From: an archaeon
GTDB lineage: Archaea; Nanobdellota; Nanobdellia; Woesearchaeales; GW2011-AR15
Length of the DNA: 64,000 nt
Assembly: GCA_043826135.1 (NCBI GenBank)
Contig: JBDRQT010000059.1
Span: 31,359-95,358 of the forward strand
Reading direction: 5' to 3'
Shown here: one piece after another, positions 1 through 9,864 of the stretch
Layout: each line of letters begins with the position of its first letter
Numbering within the stretch: the stretch's first letter is position 1
Notes under the pieces: generated by a model
Databases searched by the model: none
The model's input: the letters and a program-made list of their open reading frames with translations, nothing else
Told to the model about the DNA's origin: nothing
Position numbers and translations under genes: made by a program

Positions 1-13
1 CATAGGAAAGACA

Positions 14-907
14 ATGGATGAAGAAGAATTTTTATTTAAGATATCTGAGTTTTCAGAGAATTTTGTTGAAAAATTTGTAGAATTATTTCATTCAAAAAAT
101 ACCATTTTTTTAGGTATGAGCGGTCTTCTTGTGCTTCATTCACTAAATGACTTGACTGCTTTTATGCTGCCTTATACAATGGGCTACGAAAGTGTATACC
201 ATCAAAGCCTTGGCCTAGGGCATATGAACCTGCTTGATCTGTTTAACTTGGATAAATCAGTAGTCACCCATCTTTTCGGTCAGGTTTTGCTCTTACTGGG
301 ATACCTAATCAATACTATTGGATTTGTATTCTTAATGGCATTTCCCGGTTTTGTATGGTATGTTATGTATATTAGCAATAAAAAAGAAGAAAACAGGCTT
401 GAGTTCCCAACAATTATCCTCGCGATGTTCTTTTTTCTGGCAGTGTTTCTTATTTTGGTACCAGTATTCAAAGTAGAAGGAATCGCTATAGGCAGCGAAA
501 AGACTAAAAATATATTTGGAGTAGACATAAAATCACAGTCTATTTTATCTTCTGGAAATAGTCTAGGTTTGGTGTTTTTCTTGGCAATCTGTATCTTTGT
601 ACTTGTGATGATTTTTTCGCAATTTCCTCATTTCAAGCATATATTCTTTGTTGTCATGTCAATGTCCTGTGTTATTTTCTTTGGAATCTATCTTTATCAT
701 TATTTTTCGAGCATATTATTTTTTTATATAGAATTATTTATATCTTTCCTGGCACAGCTCAAAGTTGCTGTTGCTCTCTGGGATATCGGTAGTCTTCTAA
801 GCATTGTTTTCTTGGGATTTATGTACGCTGAGTTCCTAACTATCCAAATAATTTTTTATATCGGCGGATATATGAGTTTTGTGCTCGCATTATTTAAGAA
901 AGACTAA
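14..907 (+). CDS. polytopic membrane protein, function unknown
   Basis: 297-aa ORF dominated by F/L/I/V stretches (several predicted TM helices); no recognisable catalytic motif. Confidence 0.5.
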   Translation: MDEEEFLFKISEFSENFVEKFVELFHSKNTIFLGMSGLLVLHSLNDLTAFMLPYTMGYESVYHQSLGLGHMNLLDLFNLDKSVVTHLFGQVLLLLGYLINTIGFVFLMAFPGFVWYVMYISNKKEENRLEFPTIILAMFFFLAVFLILVPVFKVEGIAIGSEKTKNIFGVDIKSQSILSSGNSLGLVFFLAICIFVLVMIFSQFPHFKHIFFVVMSMSCVIFFGIYLYHYFSSILFFYIELFISFLAQLKVAVALWDIGSLLSIVFLGFMYAEFLTIQIIFYIGGYMSFVLALFKKD

Positions 908-2109
908 CCAAAGATGATTGGGTCAAAGACCCTCCTTATGTACTCATCTGAAGAGTTCATTGAGTCAGTGCAAAGCGATACTCCTTTTATCCTTTTCACA
1001 AAAGCCGAGATATCTTTTCCTGAGCATTTAATCTCAATGTCATCTGAAGAATTTTGTATCAATTGTTGGATATCCGATGAATGATAAAATGCAAGAAGGT
1101 TGTCTAATGCCTGGCCTAAGTCTTCCGGGCTTGTTTTTGACATCATAGTTATAACTGGATGGCCTTCACGCTCCAGTTTTTTTATGTCGGCCATGCTGAT
1201 GTGGATCCTTGCAAGCGGATTATTATGGATCCAATTATAAGGTTCCTCATTTTTTGTGAAATCCATTATTTTTGGGTCGATTAAGTATACCACTTCATCT
1301 GGTTTGGTGATATAGGGAATAGATTTATTCTTTAGCATATCATCAATTCTAAAATGACCAGGGAATACGACAACCTGAGAATATGTTTTTTCTGAAGGGA
1401 TGAACAGCATATCAGGAAATGCAGACCTTCCTCCTCCTCTTACCTCGTATGAGATCCCACCTAAGTAAATCTGGCTATAGGGATGATCAATGGAATACCC
1501 CTCAAATTTTCCAAGTCTCATCCCTGAATTCGGCAATGCAAAATTATCTATAGTCGGCATGAAAAAATCATTGCCGATAAGTTCTCCAGGCTTTTCATTA
1601 AGATAGATTTCAACGTATTTCATGAAATGGTCAAACACTCCGGCTTCTGGTGAAAGATATCCATTATAAAGTGTTTCCAGCCTTCTTGCCAGGAATCCCT
1701 TTCCCGCACCCGGGCTGCCAAGTATATAGATAGTTCTTTCAAGCTCTCTTTCATGCCAGGGATTAATACTTGAAAGAGGAATCCTGTAAGGGTATTCTCT
1801 TAATACCCTGTCAACGGTTGTTGGAATCGAATCTGGTGGCACAGTGGATGCAATTGAAATTTTTTCAAGAGCCTCAATTTCTGAAAAGCTCAGTTTATTT
1901 TCCATATCTGAATCACTAGAAATTCCTTCATACAATAAATATAATTTAAGGACTTTCCCCAGTATCCGACTCATCGCATTAGTGAGCGGTTTTCCGTCAA
2001 GGTCTTTCTTCCACTTCCATGCATAATATACTGGGATAATAGAACCTTTTGATTCTCTAACAATTCTATCAAGCGAATCACTTTTTTCTTCCTGTGTTCT
2101 CTTGGTCAT
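904..2109 (-). CDS. P-loop NTPase-like hypothetical protein
   Basis: 401-aa ORF with Walker-A-like ILGSPGAGKGFLARRLE (adenylate-kinase-type GxPGxGKG); remainder unrecognised; 4-nt convergent overlap with the 14..907 ORF. Confidence 0.5.
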   Translation of the reverse strand: MTKRTQEEKSDSLDRIVRESKGSIIPVYYAWKWKKDLDGKPLTNAMSRILGKVLKLYLLYEGISSDSDMENKLSFSEIEALEKISIASTVPPDSIPTTVDRVLREYPYRIPLSSINPWHERELERTIYILGSPGAGKGFLARRLETLYNGYLSPEAGVFDHFMKYVEIYLNEKPGELIGNDFFMPTIDNFALPNSGMRLGKFEGYSIDHPYSQIYLGGISYEVRGGGRSAFPDMLFIPSEKTYSQVVVFPGHFRIDDMLKNKSIPYITKPDEVVYLIDPKIMDFTKNEEPYNWIHNNPLARIHISMADIKKLEREGHPVITMMSKTSPEDLGQALDNLLAFYHSSDIQQLIQNSSDDIEIKCSGKDISAFVKRIKGVSLCTDSMNSSDEYIRRVFDPIIFG

Positions 2110-2163
2110 TTTAATCTAAATTAAGAAGTAATATTAAAATCTGATTCATGAAAAAGGTATAAT

Positions 2164-2613
2164 TTACCACTTTCTATTCTGCTGTTCCTGCTTCACAATA
2201 TGCTCAAGATTTACAAGACGCTGATTTATTGCCTCAAGGCTGGCCTTAAGATAATCCAGCTTGCTGGAAATCAGATCCAGATCCTTCTGAAGAGGATTTT
2301 TAGATTCCTGCTGAGAATTTCCTGAATACTCATCCACTTGTTCGTTTCCATATTTTCCTAGCTTTACACTCTCTCCGAGTGGCATCCTCATCCTGGGATC
2401 ATCTTGCGCACCATGCTCTGTAGGAGAAGGAGTAAATATATCATTGCCCATATTTGGATTATTAGCTTGTGGAGGAGTATCAAAGTTATGCGGCTCAAAA
2501 TTATGCTCTCCTATTCCATAATTGTGCTCTTGAGATGGTGCTGGATTAGTGTCAAACGGAAGCACCGGTCCTTCATCTTTCTTGAACGGATTGAACTTAT
2601 CAAAAAAACCCAT
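2164..2613 (-). CDS. hypothetical protein, P/N/Q-rich N-terminal half and C-terminal coiled coil
   Basis: 149-aa ORF; low-complexity N-terminal half and heptad-like C-terminus (LDLISSKLDYLKASLEAINQRLVNLEHIVKQEQ). Confidence 0.45.
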   Translation of the reverse strand: MGFFDKFNPFKKDEGPVLPFDTNPAPSQEHNYGIGEHNFEPHNFDTPPQANNPNMGNDIFTPSPTEHGAQDDPRMRMPLGESVKLGKYGNEQVDEYSGNSQQESKNPLQKDLDLISSKLDYLKASLEAINQRLVNLEHIVKQEQQNRKW

Positions 2614-2769
2614 AACAAACTATTCGGGTTTATCATTTAATAAGCTTTCTATTTTATGATATTTACTCTGCAGTGGTTATAAAAGATAACCTTTTTAATT
2701 AATTATAATCTACCTCCTTTTTAGATCAAATTGAGAAATAAATATGTATAATAATACAGAGGAAGAGAT

Positions 2770-3969
2770 ATGATATTTGTAGTTCCTAAGATTCAATCAA
2801 AATTTGGAATTGTTTCGCATATGAAGTCCATGAGGAATTCAGAGGAGAGTATCACAAGGTTTGAAAAAGAATTTTCAGATAGGATAGGAAGGACATTCTC
2901 GATTGCGACGTTCACAGGAAGATCTGCTTTGATTGCTATACTAAAATCCATTGGTCTGAAAAAAGGAGACGAAGTCCTGATTCCTGGTTTTACTTTTATC
3001 GGTATTCCTCAGATAATCAGTGCAATGGGTTATTCACCGGTTTTAGTAGATGTTGATGAAACACTCTGTATTGATTCCAGTAAAATAGAAGAGCTTGTTT
3101 CTGCGAAATCCAAAGTCTTGCTTGTTGTGCACAATCTTGGAAATCCGTGTGATATGGACAAAATAACAGCGATTTGCAACAAGCACAATCTATTTCTTAT
3201 TGAAGACTGCGCCCACACTATAAGCTCAAAATACAAGGGGAAAAATGTTGGAAGTTTTGGTGATGTCTGTCTTTTTTCATTTCATTATTCAAAAATTATT
3301 AATACAGAATGGGGAGGGATGGCTTGTACTGACAACAAGGATCTGGCGGAAAGAATTCGTAGTAACGTAAATAAATTTAAAGAACAGACAAAATCAATGC
3401 TGCTGAAACGTATTGTGGTTTCCTTTTTACAATCCATTGCAACCAGTCCTTTAGCTTACACATTCATTTTTAGGCCAGCAAACAAGATATATAAGAGACT
3501 CTCAGGAAAAGACATAATAGATGCTTTGTACAGCCTAAAGCCACAGGATCTAGAGACCCATCAATACAAATTCACAGGTTATCAGGCAGAGCTTGGGTGC
3601 GAGGAACTTAGGAAGATTGATAGTTATAATCAAACCAGGAAAAGGCTGCTTGAAGTGTTTAACAAGGAGATCAAAGGAAAAATAAAACTGCAGACACAAA
3701 CAAAGCATAGTGATTTTATTCCGCTTCAGCTGGCATTGTTTTCAAAAGGTAGGGATCAGCTGATAGAAAAGCTTGAAAAAAAAAGGATTGAAGCAAAGAA
3801 ATTCTACATATCCTGTATTCCTGAATCAGATGATTTTTCTGGCTGCAGGAACAACTGCGAGACTGCAAAAAGACTAAATAGAGAGATAATTTATCTGCCT
3901 ACATTTATGTATCAGTCAGAAAAGACGATGAAGTATATTGCAGATTGCATCTGTGAGATAGAAACTTAA
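2770..3969 (+). CDS. DegT/DnrJ/EryC1/StrS-family PLP-dependent sugar aminotransferase
   Basis: ITRFEKEFSDRIG...FTGRSALIAILKSIGLKKGDEVLIPGFTFIGIPQIISAMGYSPVLVDVD...LIEDCAHT...FSFHYSKII (PLP lysine context) is the typical family layout; GAGGAAGAG SD-like just upstream. Confidence 0.75.
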   Translation: MIFVVPKIQSKFGIVSHMKSMRNSEESITRFEKEFSDRIGRTFSIATFTGRSALIAILKSIGLKKGDEVLIPGFTFIGIPQIISAMGYSPVLVDVDETLCIDSSKIEELVSAKSKVLLVVHNLGNPCDMDKITAICNKHNLFLIEDCAHTISSKYKGKNVGSFGDVCLFSFHYSKIINTEWGGMACTDNKDLAERIRSNVNKFKEQTKSMLLKRIVVSFLQSIATSPLAYTFIFRPANKIYKRLSGKDIIDALYSLKPQDLETHQYKFTGYQAELGCEELRKIDSYNQTRKRLLEVFNKEIKGKIKLQTQTKHSDFIPLQLALFSKGRDQLIEKLEKKRIEAKKFYISCIPESDDFSGCRNNCETAKRLNREIIYLPTFMYQSEKTMKYIADCICEIET

Positions 3970-4472
3970 TTATATCTATAGTATTCTTGAACATAGGGGT
4001 CCTGAAGCTCCCATGGGAGGTCAGGTTCTATATTTGGACCTGAGCTTTTTTTTTGTTTAATTATTTCGGCTTCTGAGAACATCCATCTATGCAATGAAAT
4101 GCCCGGCTCTGGAATACTGATACTGTATTTGCCAGGAAGACTGGAGTTGACACTAAACATAATCAATTCTTTAGAATTTTTATTCAAATGCAGATTGTTA
4201 TATCCCAACAGTGATTGACCTTCTTCGCTTTCCCTTTGAAATAATAGGCTTATATCTCTACCATATCCATAATTCTCTATCCCAACAATGATAAACATTG
4301 GTTCGCCCACTTTTCCAGCTGATTCTTCAACAATATATGCTTCAATCAGATTATTAGTTTTATTAAGTGATAATAAATAAGGAAAAACCAACATTCCTAC
4401 GATTAAAGAAACCGCACAGAAATATGAGATTATATCAAATGCTTTCATTTTTTCTCCTTCTAAATATACCAA
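3966..4472 (-). CDS. N-terminally membrane-anchored hypothetical protein (last gene of polysaccharide operon)
   Basis: 168-aa ORF with one N-terminal TM helix (FDIISYFCAVSLIVGMLVFPYLL); overlaps the upstream ORF by 38 nt. Confidence 0.45.
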   Translation of the reverse strand: MVYLEGEKMKAFDIISYFCAVSLIVGMLVFPYLLSLNKTNNLIEAYIVEESAGKVGEPMFIIVGIENYGYGRDISLLFQRESEEGQSLLGYNNLHLNKNSKELIMFSVNSSLPGKYSISIPEPGISLHRWMFSEAEIIKQKKSSGPNIEPDLPWELQDPYVQEYYRYN

Positions 4473-4719
4473 TTACAAGACTAATCAGTGAAACCAATAA
4501 TAATCCATATACAATATTCATTGAAGTCAATCCACCTGTAGCGATCATTTGTCTTTCTGTACCACCTAAAATGAAAGCTAATATCACATCAGTTGCTATG
4601 GATATTCCAACTGCAATAACTAGATTGTCAAAAAAGCCTGCTTGCCGAAAAAAAATCCCTATCCCTGGCAGTATAAAAACCAAAAGGATCGCAAAAATCA
4701 GACTAAACATTTCTATCAC
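4435..4719 (-). CDS. small integral membrane protein
   Basis: 94-aa ORF with about 3 hydrophobic helices; overlaps both neighbours on the same strand (17 and 38 nt). Confidence 0.4.
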   Translation of the reverse strand: MIEMFSLIFAILLVFILPGIGIFFRQAGFFDNLVIAVGISIATDVILAFILGGTERQMIATGGLTSMNIVYGLLLVSLISLVIGIFRRRKNESI

Positions 4720-6541
4720 CTTTACGATAGATTTGGATTAATCCATTATCATATATCCTCTCAGTCAGGTTTACTTTGTCAAATTTTTCCAAGAATGATG
4801 GAGGCAATGGTTCACCAAGAAGATCACTTCTTATCCTGATTACGTCTCTATTAACAATGACATAATCTGTTTTAGCAGAAACTGAGCTCCATTTATAACT
4901 TCCTGTCCAAATAGGCCATTTCAGTATCCTTTTTTCATAGTAACTTTGATCTGAAAGATACATCTCTTTGGAATAAGATAGCAACGCCTGTTCAAATCCG
5001 AAGTAACCTCCATATATATCAAAAATTGACCTATCTGCCACAATCACACTTGTTCTTGCCGCATTTTCACTTAACCACTGGCCAGAGTAATAAATCTCAG
5101 GTTTCTTATATTCCTTAAATTCCATTAAGACACCTGACTCATTGAATGGATAAAAAACAACTGGATGGTATTCTGCAAGAAGTCCTCCTGCAAAAACTAC
5201 CATGATCAATACAGCTGATGCGATTCTAAATAATGGAGCACTCAGAATATTTTCAGATTGAAATCTAAACAGCAATATGGATACCAGACAAGCCACAGGA
5301 ATCAGAGGAAACCATATAAAAACATTAGTGAAATTGCCCCACTGGCTCTGCGCTAGTCCCAAAGAAATAATATATCCTAAAAGACCAAATATGGCTAGAT
5401 AGCTAAAGAGGATTTTGTCATTTACTTCCGGAAGAAGAATTTCTTTCTTCCTATAAAATTTAATTCCAAAACTCACGAAACCTACCAGGCAAATAAAAAC
5501 AATTGCAATATGACCGGAATATATCCACAATTTTTCTAATAATGAATATACTATTGGATCTACAGATACTGTGCTTGTCGGTGCTTGTGCAATATTTCCA
5601 ATAAAAGATGTTATTTCTGAGAGATATCCAATATTTGACAGGAGCAGCCTCTTTGCAAACACGCCTTCCCAGATCAAGTTAGCAAAACCACTAATAATCA
5701 ATGGTACAAAAAAAATATTTTGTTTTACAATGCCTATCAGATTTACGACTGCATAGTATATTGTTCCGATTAATAGAAACATCAAGAATATCAATGATGT
5801 GGAGTGATCACTTAGGACAAGCATCACAGATAAAACAAAATATAACAAAATATCAGAAAATGATATCTTTATACTCGATTTTTTAATAATTAAGTAAAGA
5901 CAAAGCAACATAAAATAAACTGCCACAAGCCTTCTGGACACCATTAGTATCCTCAGCCGCGGTGTGATCAAATAAATAAATAAAGTGAGAAAAACATGTT
6001 GCTTATTCTTAAAAATCAAACTAAGTAATCTGTAAATTGCATAAAGGATAAGCATCCTAAAAATTATACTGACAACATATTTTGCCAGCAGGTCTACACT
6101 CGTTTTTGAAATTATAGATATAAATGCGAGAAGTATATGCAAAACAGGATTATATCCATAGTAATCTTGCGTAAATCCTGTTCCAAGCGTTGGATTCCAG
6201 TATTTATTTTCAATGATTGTTTTTGCAAATTGAGTTTCAAACCCAGTGTCCCTATCAACCTGATAAAAATAGGGAAAATTGAAACTAAATATCGACAGGA
6301 TGAAAAGATCCAAAACAAATAAGGAGAGGAGTTTTCCATTATCATTCTTTTGCAGTACAAGAGCATAGGTAGCGAGGACTGCTCCAAGATACAGCACCCA
6401 AAATAGAATTTTAGAAAAAGATACCTCTTTTAGAGTCTGAAGTAGCAGTGATAAGAATATCAAAAAGCACTGCAACAAAAGAAGTGCTGAATTTCCAAAT
6501 ATTTTTTTGTCTGTCATTTTATCTACTATATATAATTCCAA
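4703..6541 (-). CDS. large polytopic membrane protein, GT-C-like glycosyltransferase or polymerase candidate
   Basis: 612 aa; more than 10 predicted TM helices followed by a soluble C-terminal domain of about 130 aa; acidic first-loop region (YQVDRDTGFE...DYYGYNP); architecture resembles ArnT/PMT-type GT-C enzymes; no WWDYG oligosaccharyltransferase motif seen. Confidence 0.5.
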   Translation of the reverse strand: MELYIVDKMTDKKIFGNSALLLLQCFLIFLSLLLQTLKEVSFSKILFWVLYLGAVLATYALVLQKNDNGKLLSLFVLDLFILSIFSFNFPYFYQVDRDTGFETQFAKTIIENKYWNPTLGTGFTQDYYGYNPVLHILLAFISIISKTSVDLLAKYVVSIIFRMLILYAIYRLLSLIFKNKQHVFLTLFIYLITPRLRILMVSRRLVAVYFMLLCLYLIIKKSSIKISFSDILLYFVLSVMLVLSDHSTSLIFLMFLLIGTIYYAVVNLIGIVKQNIFFVPLIISGFANLIWEGVFAKRLLLSNIGYLSEITSFIGNIAQAPTSTVSVDPIVYSLLEKLWIYSGHIAIVFICLVGFVSFGIKFYRKKEILLPEVNDKILFSYLAIFGLLGYIISLGLAQSQWGNFTNVFIWFPLIPVACLVSILLFRFQSENILSAPLFRIASAVLIMVVFAGGLLAEYHPVVFYPFNESGVLMEFKEYKKPEIYYSGQWLSENAARTSVIVADRSIFDIYGGYFGFEQALLSYSKEMYLSDQSYYEKRILKWPIWTGSYKWSSVSAKTDYVIVNRDVIRIRSDLLGEPLPPSFLEKFDKVNLTERIYDNGLIQIYRKGDRNV

Positions 6542-7652
6542 TTTTCATGTTGTAGTCCGCTTCAACATATCCATTCTCAAAATCCCTTCGCCATACCCCA
6601 TCTTCAAAGTATCTCGCACCCAGTGGTTTGCCAAGCGGTGCTTCATAGATATATCTGAAATTCTCATATTCATCCTTATAATTCTGGAGCCTATATCCTT
6701 TTCTTCCTAAATTTAGAAAATATGAATTCTCATGGGCACCTAGAAGGTATGATGCTGCATTAAATAGAGAATCCTTTCCATCCATTCCCCTATTCTGTGC
6801 AACAGCGATATAGATTTTATTCTGCTTGCCCGATTCCTCAAGAGTCCATATCTGTCTTTCCCACTTATCTTTTGATTGGTAGATCTGGTCAGGATTCCAG
6901 TAATTGAGATTTACAAAAGCCTCTTCGAGTATCCCGTCAGAGATGCCGTAAGTCTGGTCATAGATATCTTCATTAGAGCCTGCCCAGGGTTGGGTCTTAT
7001 CATGGAATATCAGACCGGCGGCATTTAGTACAAGTAGTCCTGGAACATCGCTATGCAGCGCGTGCAAATATGATTTGAACTGAATCTGATATTCATTCTC
7101 ATTAGTTCCAAGTTTTTGGGGATAATATCCCTTTGTTTCGAAATTTACAACATCCAGGAAGATACCATCAAAATTTCCGAGATCTAAATATTGCGAAAAT
7201 GCATAATCCTGGAACTCCTTGTTAGCAAAATCAGGGAATACTGCATATGATTCGTCATTTGAATAATCATCAACTACAATCTTCCCATTGATGTCTTTTA
7301 GGAGCCATTCTTTATGTGATTTCATGATATATGAGAAGCCTGGAATTGAATTACCATCCTTGCTTTCATTCACAAGTCCGGAAAACTGATATTTCAAAAA
7401 GATCATTTTCGGATTAATTTCTTTCATTTGCGCTAAATTATTGTTTTCAGATGGCATAGCAATGAGAAGGTCTGCGTGGGACGCAAGCCACTTATAATCT
7501 TCAGAAGAGTATGGAGCATCATATATGGGATATGCAATCTTTATCGGGGAATCATAATCTTTGCTTCTATTCGTTAGCATTAGTGACAAAACAGAAATCA
7601 ACATGAGTACTAATACCAATCCCACATATAAATAAATTTTATTTCTTTTCAT
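6519..7652 (-). CDS. membrane-anchored TIM-barrel glycoside-hydrolase-like protein (GH114/GHL-like)
   Basis: 377 aa; N-terminal signal anchor (IYLYVGLVLVLMLISVLSLML); motif LGNFDGIFLDVVNFE resembles the GFDGVFLDxVD signature of GH114-type endo-alpha-1,4-polygalactosaminidases. Confidence 0.45.
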   Translation of the reverse strand: MKRNKIYLYVGLVLVLMLISVLSLMLTNRSKDYDSPIKIAYPIYDAPYSSEDYKWLASHADLLIAMPSENNNLAQMKEINPKMIFLKYQFSGLVNESKDGNSIPGFSYIMKSHKEWLLKDINGKIVVDDYSNDESYAVFPDFANKEFQDYAFSQYLDLGNFDGIFLDVVNFETKGYYPQKLGTNENEYQIQFKSYLHALHSDVPGLLVLNAAGLIFHDKTQPWAGSNEDIYDQTYGISDGILEEAFVNLNYWNPDQIYQSKDKWERQIWTLEESGKQNKIYIAVAQNRGMDGKDSLFNAASYLLGAHENSYFLNLGRKGYRLQNYKDEYENFRYIYEAPLGKPLGARYFEDGVWRRDFENGYVEADYNMKIGIIYSR

Positions 7653-8827
7653 TTTGCAAACCTCATGGCGGCATATATTGAAATTATCATTTCAGGAATA
7701 AGATAAGAATATCCTATGCCTATAAGTCCAAAGCCGATTGTGAATGGCAAAGTTACTAGTGTTAGGATTGCCGGCGCGCCTTTTATCAGCAATATTGGAA
7801 GCCCACTGCCCCGATATCTCTCTTTAGTTAATACAATCTCATTGAAAGATGAAAAGATGCCTGTAAATGCAAACAATACAAACAAATCATAGCCTGCGAA
7901 AGCATAATCCTCACCATAAACACCGAGTATCCATCTTCCGAAAAAAATCACTCCAAGCAAGAATACAACTGAAAATCCTAATGTGATTAATGTTACAATC
8001 GTAAAACTTGAACGTTTTTTCCCTGAAATTTCAGCAAAGAAAGCTCTTGTAATGGCCTTAGGCGCAATATAAAATAATACAAGAAACCTATTAGGAATGA
8101 AATACTGAGCAGTGAAGAGAGCTCCTTTTAAAGTGGCCAAAATCAGCGGAACAAGGAAATCTCTTGCCCAAAATATTACATTAGATATGTAATTCATGGA
8201 ACTGAATCCAAAATATTTTTGCAAGAGCGAAAAATTCATGTTGAGTGATATCTTAGTAAAATAAAGCATAATAATGGATGCAAGGAAAGACGATATTCCC
8301 CAAGCTAAAAATATTCCAAAATAGCCTTGGGCAACAAGAAGGCAAGGCAATATTAATTTTATCACATTCTGGATGATGCTTTTGTAGAACACATGTACCG
8401 ACTGCTTTTTTGCAATATAGATTACATCCAGGAGCGTAGAAAATGTCCAAGACACTGCAGATAAAATGAATATGACCATGTGAATTGCAGACAATTCAGA
8501 TGCATCAGATTTCAAGATAATTGCTAGAATTATTACTGAAGAAATGAATGCAACTATGGATGTTACTGCAGCCGCAAGACCAATAATAGCCTCACCGTCT
8601 TTATGGTGGTATTTTATTAGAGTTTCATCCAAACCAAACATTGCTAGTGTGGTAATAATGCCTAGGGCACTTATCAGTACACTTGATGATCCGACATCGG
8701 TTGATGCATAAAGCCTTGCTACGAGTAAAAAGAAAATGAATCCACCGATTGAATTGATTGCAGATCCCATCAGGAGAAAAAAACCATTCTTTACAGTTGG
8801 ATCCTTAAAATAACTTTGGAGTCTCAT
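7649..8827 (-). CDS. MOP-superfamily polysaccharide flippase or exporter (Wzx/PelG-like)
   Basis: 392 aa; about 12 TM helices; typical Wzx-like N-terminus (NGFFLLMGSAINSIGGFIFFLLVARL); 4-nt overlaps on both sides. Confidence 0.6.
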   Translation of the reverse strand: MRLQSYFKDPTVKNGFFLLMGSAINSIGGFIFFLLVARLYASTDVGSSSVLISALGIITTLAMFGLDETLIKYHHKDGEAIIGLAAAVTSIVAFISSVIILAIILKSDASELSAIHMVIFILSAVSWTFSTLLDVIYIAKKQSVHVFYKSIIQNVIKLILPCLLVAQGYFGIFLAWGISSFLASIIMLYFTKISLNMNFSLLQKYFGFSSMNYISNVIFWARDFLVPLILATLKGALFTAQYFIPNRFLVLFYIAPKAITRAFFAEISGKKRSSFTIVTLITLGFSVVFLLGVIFFGRWILGVYGEDYAFAGYDLFVLFAFTGIFSSFNEIVLTKERYRGSGLPILLIKGAPAILTLVTLPFTIGFGLIGIGYSYLIPEMIISIYAAMRFAK

Positions 8828-9864
8828 CGGACCACCCTAGCTATCCATGACTTTTGCAATGCCTGCTTAATCCTGGAAGGCATATATTTTTCAATCTGAT
8901 ATGAAATCTTATTTAAAAGTTTCAGGATAAAAAATAGTGTTTTATAGGTACCCTTTCCTTCATAAAGCCCGATGTTTGTCTTCATCCGTGAACTTAGCTT
9001 AGTTTTGTATTCCTGAGTCCCTCTTAGCATATCAAAATAACTATATCTATTTTTGATTGAATTTTCAATGTTTTTGAAGCACAATGCCTTACCGATCCCC
9101 AAATTCTTTTCTTGTGAAACAAATGCTGCTGAATAGAAAAACACTGTATTTTTATAATAATAATTAAGATTGTATGCGGCATCATTTTCTATTTCATACT
9201 TAAGCACTTCATATTCACTAAACCTGCTGCTGAATTTTTTCAAGAAATCCCTTTGCTTTGGAGAAAAACTTTGAGATCCAAATCTTTTTTTATTAATTGA
9301 AAATACAGTTGAAAGATCATGGTCTGCGCTGAATTTAACATCCTTGTATTCCTTCGCTGCTCTTCTATAATTATGCCTTTCATTTCGTGATAGTCTCGCC
9401 AAGTAGTCTTCAATATTTTCGGGCAATTCAACAATTGGACATTTTGATAACTCAATCGGCTTGTCAGTAAATCTGTATTTCAGATCCGAGTCATTATCGA
9501 CATATTTGAATAATATCGAATCATTTTCAAAAAGTTTTTTTGTTTTGGACAAAACAAATTGCCTAAATTCCTGCTTCGCGATAATATCCAAATAACACGA
9601 ATCAACTGATTCATCTCCCAGCAATCTCACAATGTTACCAAACGGGGTTTTATGTAAAAAAGTTGGTGATATCCCAACCAACTCGCTTTTATCGTAGAAG
9701 GCAACAACTGCGAGTTCATAATTCTTTTTCTGAAATATCTCCCACCAAGAATATAGCCACTCCCACGTCAAAAACAAGTTTGGATATTTTGTTTTGCCTA
9801 GGAGATCATTCCATTCTTTATGCATATCACTGAATTCCTTAATACTTATAAAGACTGTCTTCAT
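8824..9864 (-). CDS. CelD/BcsL-type (FemAB-like) GNAT acyltransferase
   Basis: 346 aa; N-terminus EWNDLLGKTKYPNLFLTWEWLYSWWEIF is characteristic of the cellulose-biosynthesis CelD-like GNAT family. Confidence 0.55.
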   Translation of the reverse strand: MKTVFISIKEFSDMHKEWNDLLGKTKYPNLFLTWEWLYSWWEIFQKKNYELAVVAFYDKSELVGISPTFLHKTPFGNIVRLLGDESVDSCYLDIIAKQEFRQFVLSKTKKLFENDSILFKYVDNDSDLKYRFTDKPIELSKCPIVELPENIEDYLARLSRNERHNYRRAAKEYKDVKFSADHDLSTVFSINKKRFGSQSFSPKQRDFLKKFSSRFSEYEVLKYEIENDAAYNLNYYYKNTVFFYSAAFVSQEKNLGIGKALCFKNIENSIKNRYSYFDMLRGTQEYKTKLSSRMKTNIGLYEGKGTYKTLFFILKLLNKISYQIEKYMPSRIKQALQKSWIARVVR

